DNA of 64,000 bases. It comes from Auanema rhodensis (lineage: Eukaryota > Animalia > Nematoda). Both the position numbers and the translations under genes were made by a program. Under the pieces are notes generated by a model. It was not told the origin of the DNA. It was given only the letters and a program-made list of their open reading frames with translations, and ran no database searches. Below, one piece after another: positions 24,673-39,572 of the stretch. Position 1 is the stretch's first letter. The number at the start of each line of letters is the position of its first letter. Location of the stretch: the NCBI GenBank assembly GCA_964057225.1, contig OZ059895.1, positions 6,510,001 through 6,574,000 on the forward strand. Direction: 5' to 3'.

Positions 24673-26639
24673 ATGGACCATTATATGCCTGAAATATTTT
24701 ATCATGATCGGAAAGCCTTATTATCAGTTGATATTCATCCTGTGATGAAGAATGGGAAATGTAATTTTGTAACATCTAGTGTTCAGAATGAGGTATTTTT
24801 CAACTGGTTGATTGCTAAAGTGTTTTACTTTCAAGGTGCGGATATGGTCATATGAATTTGAAAATGTGAATTTACCAGTAGCTCCATTAGCGGTAAATTT
24901 TGTCGCTAGTCTGTCAGGACATAATGCTGCTGTAAATCAAGTAAAATTTTGTCAAAATCCAGAATGTATGGATGTTCACTTTATTACTTAAGAATTTTTT
25001 TTTATATTTCAGTTAATCTACTCGCATCAGGTGATTGTCATGGTAGAATTGCTGTTTGGCAGTTGTCTGATCAAGCTCCCCCGCCTCCATCTGATGACTT
25101 TCCTCCTAACAAGGAAAACTGGATTAGACTCAAAGTAAGTATTCTGAATTTTATTTTTTACGTTTTCAATAGGTTCTAAACCATGAAAGTGATGTTACTG
25201 CTATTTGCTGGAGTCCTTGTGGAAAGTATTTAGCATCTGTATCTAATGATGATTCTTGTCTTGTACATGAGGCTTTAACTGGTTAGAATCATTCACACTG
25301 TGGACATGTAATCTGTATTTAGGTAAACGTGTTATGAGTGTTGCTCATTTGCGTCACTTCCCTAACGGTATTTCATGGGATCCTGACGGCAAGTATTTGG
25401 TAACTATGTCCACAGACCGAAAAATGGATCTGCTGGATGCAATGAAAGGAACAAAACTTCGGACTTTTGGAATTGCAGATCTCCCTTCTATTACCATTGA
25501 TAATTCTATTTTAGAAGAAAAAGTAAAAAAAGAATAATGTTAGCTTTAAAAAGAAATTACTAAATGCATCGTTAAAGAGTTATAAATTATTCCATGATGA
25601 TCAATTGATGTTTTTCCAAAGAGGGGTTAGTTTTTCTCCATGTGGACAACTGATCGTAGCACCCTGTAAGTAACTTTATGTATTTTTCTTTTGATTTTTT
25701 TTATACTTTAGGCGCTCATCTCGAAGTAGGAGCTTCAGATTTATATGGTACACTCGTATTCAGGCGCTGGGAGCTTGAAAAGTATATCTATTTTTATGCT
25801 TCATTTTTTATAATTTGTAATGATTAGGGATCGTCCGTCTGCTATTTTACCTTCAAATAAGCCTACATTTCTTGTTCGATTCTGTCCTAAACTGTTTGAT
25901 CTCTTGACTGATTCTACTACTAATTATACAGGGTAGGAAAAAAATTCAATAATGTGCAAAGGTATTTCTTTTCCAGACTACCATATCGTCTAATTTGGCT
26001 TGCTCTAACAAAAGATTCTGTTATGTTTTATGATAGCCAGCATATTCATCCTATTGGTGTTGTAGAGAATATTCATTACAATAATTTATCAGAAGCCGTG
26101 TGGAGTCCTGACGGTAGAAGTTTCATGATCTCATCTTTGGAAGGATATTGCAGTTTTTTCAAATTGAAATTTGATCAGTGGGGAACACTGGTATAATAAT
26201 GCATTTTAGGATGTATGAATTTATCTTAAAATTTTTAGTCTGCTAAAACTATCAAAGAATTTGTATGCCCTCCTTCTCCACAACTTATACAGACAAGAAA
26301 GCGTCCAAAAAAAGAGAAAAAGGCTCCTATTCCCGAAAAAGGTATGAAAGCAGTAATTGAATTGTGCCTCAATATACTTATTAAGTCGAAGAAGAAAGAG
26401 CTGAAACTCCTGCTAAACTCACACCACTTCGCCCAACCAGTGCTGCCGCTGTTACTACTACTCCAAAGTCCGCCACCTCAACTCCTAAAATTGGGGGAAT
26501 GTTGAAGTATCTTAAAAAGCAAGACGGTGTTTCGGGGGACACAGCTTCTACACCTACTAGCAAAAACACTGTAAATGCAGAAGAAAAACCAGAGGGACAA
26601 CCGGTGAAAAAAAGGGTAACCCTCATTACTCTTCAATAA
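24673..26639 (+). CDS. chaf-2: Chromatin assembly factor 1 subunit B (CAF-1 p60, WD40)
   Basis: MPEIFYHDRKALLSVD, LSGHNAAVNQVKF, LFHDDQ...FQRGVSFSPCG, LPYRLIWLA...FYDSQH, NIHYNNLSEAVWSPDG...SSLEGYCS, and a C-terminal KKRVTLITL (ASF1-binding B-domain-like). Confidence 0.93.
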
Positions 26640-26678
26640 AAACTACATAGTGTACAATGTTTTATTTGCCTGTTTATT

Positions 26679-26930
26679 TTACAATGGAAATGAAATTTTT
26701 GATGACTTTTCTGGCCTAGTGATGTATCCTAAGAATGGTTGTTCCCGCAAGACTCTTCTCATGAGCATTAATCGTCCACCACGAGTTTCAGTGCGTTTCT
26801 GGACAGTGTCTACATTCAGCTTTTCTTGCATTTTGAAGGGGAAGAAGCATGGTCGAAAACTGTTTCTATGCCAGGGACAATTCCAACGTACAGCAACTTG
26901 ATGTAAAGACCCAGGCCGCAGAAGGTTCAT
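26679..26930 (-). CDS. Small intronless 83-aa protein resembling a divergent mitochondrial ribosomal protein bL34m
   Basis: The acceptor TTTTTAG abuts the ATG and AATAAA follows the stop. The N-terminus is basic and presequence-like. KRTETRGGRLMLMRRVLREQPFL fits the bL34 pattern RxxTxxGRxxLxRRx7L. Confidence 0.65.
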   Translation of the reverse strand: MNLLRPGSLHQVAVRWNCPWHRNSFRPCFFPFKMQEKLNVDTVQKRTETRGGRLMLMRRVLREQPFLGYITRPEKSSKISFPL

Positions 26931-27113
26931 CTAAAAACAATTAACATGACGTGCACATTAACTTGACATCAAAATGCAATACCACAACAAATATGATAGT
27001 ATAAAAGTATTTCCTATATTATTAAAAATAAATTATGAATTTTGTTTAAATAAATATTAAATATCCAGACAATAGTGCATCAACGGTTGAAGATTTAAAG
27101 GTTTATAATTTTG

Positions 27114-27188
27114 GGGTCTCGCACCGACTGAGCAAATACTATCGGTTTTAGCCCTTTAAATTTCAATCAAATATTACCAGGCCTAAAT
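27114..27188 (+). promoter_or_regulatory. Second copy of the three-motif module, in the bL34-like/LSG1 bidirectional promoter
   Basis: GGGTCTCG at 27114, AGCCCTTTAAA at 27150 and GGCCTAAAT at 27180. Confidence 0.6.
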
Positions 27189-27333
27189 ATTTTTGGATTT
27201 TACTGTTTTTTTTCACGTCATTTTCTTATTTTGCCATAGTATTTTCTTATTATTCTTATGTATTAAGTTTAATCGAACATTGTTTTGCTACTGGTTAGAA
27301 GACGCTATTCATGTTCTTTTTGTTCTAGGGCAA

Positions 27334-29431
27334 ATGACCAAAAGAAGACCCTCGAACAAAAAGCCTACCGGCTTGAACAAGAACCTTGGTCTTTCTCTCA
27401 CAAATGAGAGGGAAAAGAATCGTCGAGCGCATCAAGCTGCGAAATATGGTGGCGATGAAATTGAGAATCCAGCATATCTGGAGAAAGTAAGCTTGAATTT
27501 TATTTTACTTGTTCACATATTATATTCTTTAGGAGCAGATACATTACATCGATTCTATAACTGATGAAACCAGTCTGGAAGAATTTTTAGCGAAAGCTGA
27601 ATTGGCTGGTACTGAATTTACTGCTGAGCGCCAACAATATCGAGTTATCGAGAAGTTAGTAAGTTTTTCTCAATAAAATAATTTTGTGCATTTAATCGTT
27701 TTAGAGAAACGGCAACAGTTGTACCCACTCGTCTAGACTTTACGAATAATAAAGCTCTCCAAGATGAATATGCTCACAGACTTAGGATACCACGTCGTCC
27801 AGCAAAGGACTTATGGTCAACTGTAGAAGAACTCACTCGTCTAGAAAATGAAGCTTTTCTGAAATGGAGAACGGATTTAGCAGATCTTCAAGAGGTATTA
27901 ATATAACAGAGCAATGATTTCTTGACTTCAGTCGTTAAGGTTGATGGGCTAGCCTTAACACCTTTCGAAAGAAATCCCGACATGTGGCGTGAACTTTGGC
28001 GTGTTGTTGAAAAATCAGACATTATTGTTCAGGTACAAAAATAGGTCTATGAAATCAATAAATTAAAATTTTAGATTGTTGATGCAAGAAATCCATTGCT
28101 CTTTCGCTCTAAAGATCTTGAAGAATATGTTAAAGAAATCGATCCTGCTAAGCAAAATATTCTTTTGGTCAACAAGTCTGATCTATTAGAAAATGAGCAA
28201 CTTTTACAATGGGCACAATATTTCAAAGATAATAATATCTGTGCTGTATTCTGGTGAGTTATTGCAATTCCTGTTAACAATATGAGATTGTAATATTAAG
28301 GTCTGCATTGGAACAACCTACGGTTTCTGATATAGTCGAAGAGGGATCTGACGTTGATGAGGAAGAGGAAGAGGAAGATGAGAATGCAAATGAAAACGAA
28401 AATGAGGAAAATCACGGAGAAGCTGACGAGTGCCAAAACTTACCCAGTACATCTGAAGATGACGGACCGCTTTTTGTTACTAATAAGGAAGATCTCGTCC
28501 TTTTATTGAAAAAAATGGGTCATGTTACTGATGATCCGGGAACGAAGCCTCTAGTTGTCGGAATGGTGGGATATCCAAATGTTGGAAAAAGTTCAACAAT
28601 TAATAAAATTGCTGGTGGAAAAAAAGTTTCGGTCTCTGCCACCCCTGGTAAAACTAGGCATTTTCAAACTATACATATTGATAAGCAGGTACTAGAATGT
28701 TAGTTTCTACCTGTTTTTACATCTATATTTTAGGTAATACTATGTGATTGTCCTGGATTGGTTATGCCATCCTTTACATTTGGAAGACATGAAATGTTCT
28801 TAAACGGTAATAGCATCTATATAGGGTTTTTACCTAAATACTTTGTTTAGGTATTCTTCCAGTTGATCAAATGAGAGATCATTTTGGTCCTGCAGCACTT
28901 TTATTGTCTCGTGTGCCTGTGTCATTCCTTGAGAATGTTTATTCTATCATGTTACCTGATTCAAAGGCTGCTTCCCCATATGATTTGCTCACAAGTCTTG
29001 CTTATATGCGAGGATTTATGTCTTCGTCTGGAATACCGGACTGCTCAAGAGCTGCTAGACTTCTTATTAAAGATGTTGTCAATGGCAGAGTTAGGTGGAT
29101 TGCAGCTCCGCCAACTGTGGATCAAACGGAGTTTAACGATGTGGTTTATAATAAGCTGTTGCCCCGCTCTAACGTGGGTAGGGTTCAGATGGAAGAGCTT
29201 GAGAAAAGAGGTCTTCTTGATGGTGCCAGAGTTAAAGGCAATCGTGTTGATAATCAGTTTTTCACTAATTCTGCTGCTGCTGTTCACGTTAAAAGCAACA
29301 AACTGAACTCCAATGTACATATTCCTGCGGGAACTGTTGTCCCTACGTCTGATCATTCAGATAATGGCAAGAAACACTTCAATAAGAATAAAAGAGAAAA
29401 AGCTCGAAGATTATATGTACAAACTTATTAA
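27334..29431 (+). CDS. LSG1: Large subunit GTPase 1 (LSG1, circularly permuted GTPase of 60S maturation)
   Basis: LTPFERNPDMWRELWRVVEKSDIIVQIVDARNPL, NKSDLL (G4), GYPNVGKSSTIN (G1), SATPGKTRHFQT (G2), DCPGLVMP (G3) and GILPVDQMRDH. Confidence 0.95.
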
Positions 29432-29544
29432 ATACAAATGTTTTATTTTTTAAATTTGTTTCATTTCGAATGTGGTTATAGCCACTTTGTACTTGTTATT
29501 ACTGTGATTGTTTTTTTTTATTTAACTTTTTCTGCAGGGTCAAC
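29432..29544 (+). promoter_or_regulatory. Probable operon intercistronic region between LSG1 and rpl-27, with a trans-splice acceptor at 29537
   Basis: Same strand, 106 nt from the stop to a TTTTTCTGCAG acceptor, U-rich spacer, and ATTAAA/AATACA overlapping the LSG1 stop. Confidence 0.7.
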
Positions 29545-30044
29545 ATGGGCAAAATTATGAAACCCGGAAAGGTCGTTCTTGTCCTCCGCGGCAAGTACGC
29601 TGGACGCAAAGCTCTCGTCGTAAAGGCTCACGATGAGGGATCTACCGAGAGACCATACCCACATGCCATCATTGCTGGTATCGACAAGTATCCACTTAAG
29701 GTAGTTTATAGTTTTCAGCTAGGCATAATGCTGTTTTGTAGGTTACCAAGTCTATGGGAAAGAAGAAGGTTGAGAAGAGAAATAAGCTCAGACCATTCGT
29801 TAAGGTAGTTTCCTACAGCCACATCCTCCCAACCAGATATACCGTCGATGTCTCCTTTGACAAGGCTAACATCAACAAGGTAGCTTTACATACCTAGCTT
29901 TTCAGCAAGTTTAATTTTTATTTTTAGGAGGCTCTCAAGGCCCCATCCAAGAAGAGAAGAGCCATCCGTGAGGTCAAGGCTAAATTCGAGGAGCGTTACA
30001 AGAGTGGAAAGAACTTGTGGTTCTTTACCAAGCTTCGCTTCTAA
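29545..30044 (+). CDS. rpl-27: 60S ribosomal protein L27 (eL27), 3 exons
   Basis: [23 protein letters not shown]...[10 protein letters not shown]...HILPTRY...[16 protein letters not shown]. Confidence 0.98.
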
Positions 30045-30459
30045 ATTGTTGTTTTGTTGATTTATAAATAAACAAGTTACAAACTGATTTTTTTGTTCTT
30101 ATTTTTTAGCTAGTTAGCAAACAATGCTCAGTATTATTAAAGGGTTTCGCTGTTTATATTTCTTCACAATTATCAAATCCGAGGCTATGCTGTATGAGTG
30201 TTACAGACATGATAGCTTAGCAGGCGGTAGCGAGCATCAGCTGCAGCAGATGGCATTGTGCGAGGGAACTGCGGCATGCTTATTGGTCCCGCCCCGATCG
30301 GGATTACGGTGGTGAACAGCGTGCGCTTGGCGGGCGGTCGCGACGCGTTTGTCTGGCAAGAGCGATCACCTTTGTTGGTAGAGCGGTTGTGATTGTGATG
30401 TCCGTGACCTGATGTCAAATCTGTATTCGTGGTAGACTCGGCTTTGGTTGCGCGTCGCA

Positions 30460-34102
<3,643 letters not shown>

Positions 34103-34819
34103 GAGTGTCCGGGTGATGTCTTTCTTCGAGGCCGTTTTAGGCCGTAGGAATCGTTCTAGCTCGGAAATGGCTCTGGCTCAATATGAAGAGCCAATAATTT
34201 TCCTTATAATCTTTTCTATCTTCGCCTTTTCCCCTAGTCGCAGTCCGATTGCAAGTTTCTGCTTTCTATATTCCTTCCCGCTCTACATATTCTTGTCCCT
34301 GTTATTATTTTGTGTAAGACCATATTCTGTCAGAATGGCAGATCTGGTCGGCTCATACGTTCGTTATATTCTGTATCCCATTCATTTTTTATCTCTATTC
34401 GTCTCACTAACTATTGCGTCTACCTCTGTCGTAGGCAAAAACACTTCACGGTCTAGAACCACTCTTTTGCACCTTTTTCAATTTGTATCAAATATTTTTG
34501 CGATAGTTCTTAATTTTTTTTATTAATATTTATTGATATGTCTTACCGTATAACATGTTTTGTGGATATATGGTTAATTAATGATTGTTTTATAAAAGAA
34601 TTAAAATGAAAACAAATAAAATCGCCATTTGCGATTCGCTATTGTGTTGAGATGTGTATGTAGTTATTATTTAAGTAAGGGCTAAAAATTTATTCGTTCA
34701 ATATGCAATTGTAAATTCAACAGTTGTTAGTAAATTAGCCGAAAGGCAACTGAAAACGAGAATAAATTAAACCGGAACAGTTTACGTCCAATATGTTATT
34801 TTCACTTGTTAAGCTTCTT

Positions 34820-35834
34820 TCAGATGGAATCATCACTGTCCATTGCAGTTAGTTTGCTAATATTATCAGCGAAGTAAAACAGAAACACTCCTCCACAGAT
34901 AATTGCCAAGAGGACCAAGAACTGAAAATCCTTATGAACAATACTATTGTCTCCTACAGGACTTAAAACCAACCTTTCCGATATTTCTTTTTGGTTGTTG
35001 AGCACCACGGTAGACAGATCTTTGAGATAATTCATGTTGAAGTTCCTCCTCTGTTATCAAGCGAGAAAACTCATGTCCTTCATCGTCGCTAGGTTCTTCC
35101 TCCACAGTGTCCTGAAACAAGTGTAAAATTTAATCAATAATCGATTTCAATAGTTTGGGCCTGAAGTTTCTCTCTCAAATATATAGAAAAGTAGGGAAGA
35201 ATAGAAACAGAGAAAAGGAAAATCAACATCAGTATCAGAAACGTCAAATTTGAGAAAGATAAGTATTAATAATTTGAAAATAAGCTAACATGAAAATAGA
35301 TATCGCAGTACTCAATTGAAAACATAACATGCACTTCGTGATGCCGCTTTGCAAAAAAAAGATACCTGCTCAATTGGAGCTGCCGGTCTACGCTGTCTAA
35401 CTGTATCATCTTCAACTTCCAGAGTAGGATAAATTTTTACAGGAACCTGAAAGAAAAGTAAGAACTTCAGAAACGTAAACCTGTTTATACCTCTTCGATC
35501 ACAGTAGTACCAATATTGTCGTTAACCTTGAATAAATCATGATCACCTGAAAGATAATATTTCAAAATCAATAATCTATGACAGAAAAATAAAACTTTTA
35601 TTGAAAATAGAAAAATGGCACTGAAGTTACTCACCAGAATCAACATCAGTTGTTTCAAGTGCCATAAGACTCAATAACTTTTTTTCGTAGGTAGACCTCG
35701 TAGTAGCAACAATTGGGCCTGCATTAAAGCCTCTGTCCAGAAGGGCCTGCAAATTTGAAAATTTGTTGGAAACTAACAAACCAAAAACTAACCTTTCTTA
35801 AGTTGGCTTCGCTCAACTCTGCAACGTTGATCAT
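34820..35834 (-). CDS. emr-1: Emerin-like LEM-domain inner nuclear membrane protein with a C-terminal TM helix
   Basis: LEM domain MINVAELSEANLRKALLDRGFNAGPIVATTRSTYEKKL, an acidic linker, and a single C-terminal TM FLVLLAIICGGVFLFYF. Confidence 0.88.
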
Positions 35835-36516
35835 CGTTTAAATTCCTATAAAAGGATCAAAATAACGGAATACAATTGTATATATTAGCGTGTATATATT
35901 GCTTTTCTATTTATATGTATGTGAAACGCTGGTAAGAACACAGCCCCAGAAGATAGAAAGGTCAGTTTTCCTTTGCGGTTGATAAGAAAACCTGGACGAA
36001 GATGAGTGCAAACCTTGGCCCGCGCAGGCCTTAATCAATTCAAATACGAATTGCAACGTGTGGGCACTCCTTGTTAAACGCAGTGCAGTTCGTTTTCAAT
36101 TAGATCGTATGTAGATTCTCAGGTGTCAATATAGAATTGTAGTTTCTACTAACTTGTGAGGATTATGCTTCAAGAAGATAGCAACGCAACAAAGAGTGGG
36201 TCAGAGTAATATATGGATTGTTTGAGCTTCTCACGTTGGGATTCGGTGAACAGTAATCGCATACATGTAGAATTTATGAAAATATGAAGTTGTTTATGAA
36301 TTTCATAGATTTTTCGTAAAACTTTTATCAAGAAATTGTTTAAATCGTCATCTATAACTAAGCTTACTAAAGACCACCTGATCTGTTTAATTGATTGAAA
36401 GAATAAAAAAATGTAAGAAGCTCATTTAAATATTTAATTTTCGTTAACTATCATACAAACAATAGAACAATGAATGGATAACTATTCTATAAAACAAACT
36501 AATTCTGATTGAGCAT

Positions 36517-37351
36517 TTAATTTTTTTGGGCGTTGGCGAAACGTTCGCTGACATTCTTCCAGTTAGCTATTTTCCAAATAGCTTTCACATAGTCAGGGCG
36601 AACGTTCTTATATTGAAGATAGTAAGCGTGCTCCCAGACGTCGATTCCGAACAAGGGAACAAGACCAGTGGTTGCTTCAAGAGGATCTTGGTTAGGACAA
36701 GTAGCAATCTGAGATTATGCATTTAAATGAGCTCCAGGTGGAATAGGATTGTCTTACCTTCAAAACGTTTCCCTTTGGACAGTATCCAAGCCATCCCCAT
36801 CCAGAACCTTGAACAGCAATAGTGGAAGCAGAGAGGGTATCTTGCATTTTCTCCAAAGATCCAAAGTCTCTCTTTATTCGAAATACATGTATACGAAAAT
36901 AATTTATGATATACCTTGATGGCGTTCAAAAGTTCAGCACTTGGTTCTCCACCATCTTTTGCCAAGTTAGTCCAGAAAATGCTGTGATTGATGTGTCCTC
37001 CACCATTGAATTTAAGAGCTGGTTGAAGAGCGATAGCTTCCTTAACGTTACCTAAAATAAAGAACAGCTTAAACTCTATTAAAGATTGTTGACACCTTTG
37101 GTAACAGCTTCATGCAGCTTTTCTTCAATCATGTTGAGGTTGTTCACATAGGTAGCATGATGCTTAGAATGATGGAGTTGCATAATTTCAGAGCAGATGA
37201 CAGGCTCGAGAGCATTATAGTCATAAGCCAAATCAGGAAGAGTATGCTTGGCACGCTTCAAGCTATAAGTAAAATATTCAAAGGAAACATAGGCTAGAAT
37301 AACTCACGCAGACACCTGACGAGGAAGAGCAACACGAAGAGAGGAGAACAT
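36517..37351 (-). CDS. sod-2: Mitochondrial Mn superoxide dismutase
   Basis: Presequence [14 protein letters not shown]..., then [51 protein letters not shown] and [18 protein letters not shown]. Confidence 0.95.
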
Positions 37352-37479
37352 CTGAAAAAATATATAAATATTAAGTATTAACTGATTATAGCAGGTATAG
37401 ATCAAGCATAAAAATAAGTAAAAAAAACATGATAAAAAATGGATCAAAAGATATGTGCTCTTGTAAAGTGATATATGAA

Positions 37480-37647
37480 CTCCGCCCTTTATGCCGAAAC
37501 GCGCACAGTTTTCTAGGGAGCAGTTAAGAATTTATATCTGGGGAGATATATGTCTCAAATCTCAATATGGATACCAATATATGAAGAACTATGAAGATTT
37601 TATTGTTTTTCATATATTGGTCATACATCTGTAAAAGCATGCGCAAG
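37480..37647. repeat. Partial copy of the dispersed element at 39240-39419, in the sod-2/GLTP divergent intergenic region
   Basis: The blocks CTCCGCCCTTTATGCCGAAACGCGCACA, GTCTCAAATCTCAATATGGATAC and CATGCGCAAG have close counterparts in the 39240 element (the last in the opposite orientation). Confidence 0.7.
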
Positions 37648-38195
37648 ACAGTTTTATATTGATATCAAGTTAGAAGACCAATGATCTGAAGAGCAAGTAT
37701 ATTTTACAGAAAAGTTCATAAGGTTACATTGACTTATCAAATGAAAACAATGTTAGAAATGGTTTCAGGCTGTATTAACACCCTTCAAAAACATAAATTG
37801 AATGTTTACGTTTTTGTTTATTGCAGAACTGGACTGTATAAACATACCAAATATCCTTTTTGCAAATAGGACATAGATATTTAGGCGGAGCTTGTTTGTT
37901 GATCGCATGGTTTCAACATGATTGCTATTACTAATTATTTTATTTTATTAATATTCTACTAGAAGTTGTCTAATTTTAAATTATGATATTTATTTACTTT
38001 TGCACATATATTATCTTGCGTGGAGAACCTTGCCGATGTTTTATTATTTAGTTATATTACATGTTTTGAATCTCGTGGTCCCATGACATCACATTTGTTA
38101 TCATGTAAACTAGTGATTCAAATGAATTTTCAATTTCGCCGTTTTTTAATATTAATATTCTTCAATGTGTTTCTATTTTTATGTTTCTAGGATTA

Positions 38196-38973
38196 ATGCC
38201 ACCAACTGAGCAAACCTCGGAAACTCTTCAATCATCAGCTTTCTCTTTACACGTAGTTCTTCAAAAATTAGATGCTGCTCTTATGGAAGATAAAGATGTA
38301 AAGTTGATTGAATTTATCAACGCTTATGAGGAGCTCAATAAGTAAGGATCCTACTTATTAAATATATATCTAAAGTAATTTTTATTCAACAGGTTTATTG
38401 GCATTTTGGGTACTATTTTCCAATTTGTGAAACTCGATGTTAATTTAAAAATCGGAACCCTACTCAAACTAAATAAAAACGACTCTACGAATTATACTAC
38501 TGTAAACAATATGTTAAACTATGAGCATACATTAAAGCAGAAACCTGGGTCTACTGCTTTTCTTGGCTTACATAGGTATATAGAAAATTCATTCAATATT
38601 ATAATAATACTTTAAAGGGCCTTGGAGTTTATTGTAGACTTCCTTCAAAGTCTTATTGTTGCTAATGATGAAGACAGCGTTCCTCAAATTTGTCGACAAT
38701 CCTATGAAAAGACTCTAGCGAAGTATTCACATGGGCAATCTCTCTCTCTAGTACTTTTTTACTTTTAGGTTTCATGCTTGGATGATTCGAAAAGCTGTTG
38801 ATCTTGCTTCCTATACTTTGCCAAATCGTCGGCAACTAATCGAAGGAATTCAAGGATCATGCTCAGAAGAAGAAGTTAGAGAAGTAGCTTCAAACGTGAT
38901 TAAACGTGGTCAATCAATTCATAAATTGAATCAAACTACATATGATGAACTTAAACTCAATAACCTCCTTTAA
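38196..38973 (+). CDS. Glycolipid transfer protein / CPTP-family protein
   Basis: FINAYEELNKFIGILGTIFQFVKLDVNLKI, GSTAFLGLHRALEF and YEKTLAKFHAWMIRKAVDLASYTLPNRRQLI are GLTP-fold signatures. Confidence 0.9.
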
Positions 38974-39239
38974 TCAATCAATCATAATTACGTGCATTTG
39001 GTGCTACACCTATTGCTATAGTCATAATTTTGCCTCAGCATTTTAATCATGTTTTTAGCATAATGCATAATTGCTCTGTATATATTTTGAAAAAATATTG
39101 ATCTTGCAATCCTGGCATTTTTTACTATATTTGCATATTATTGTTATGATATTTTGTGCCTTTTTTCTGTGAATGCATCACTTAGATTTTACTCGCTCTT
39201 TCATTAGCTTTTATTTCGTTTTTCTTCCGTTCTTTATGG

Positions 39240-39419
39240 CTCCGCCCATTTTGCCGAATTGCGCACAATTTCTTATAGGAAGTCTCAGATTTAAATATGG
39301 ATACGAAATGAATATTATTAAAATACTAATCTAATAATATCCTGAAGGTACCCCTTCGTTTGAATTAAAATTTTACTTGCGCATGTAAAACCGTGTGCAT
39401 TTCGGCAAACGGGGCGGTT
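39240..39419. mobile_element. MITE-like element of about 180 bp with imperfect ~28-bp terminal inverted repeats
   Basis: Left end CCGCCCATTTTGCCGAATTGCGCACA matches the reverse complement of the right end, CCGCCCCGTTTGCCGAAATGCACACG. The interior is AT-rich and non-coding. A related copy sits at 37480. No clear target-site duplication. Confidence 0.6.
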
Positions 39420-39572
39420 CTTATGTGGATGAAGAAAAAACTTAATAAGAGTTTAAATTTTGTATATTTGGCATAAATAGTTTATTTTTTTATTAGTAAT
39501 GTTTCAATTGTTTTTCGAACAAATTTATTTGGTTTAAATTTTATTTATTTGTTTTAATTATTTTATCTTAGA

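Noticed and set aside
34113-34526. 137-aa hydrophobic ORF after the egl-30 stop
   Set aside because: It starts at GTG in a T-rich 3' UTR, which yields spurious hydrophobic ORFs. In-frame readthrough also stops after about 14 codons.
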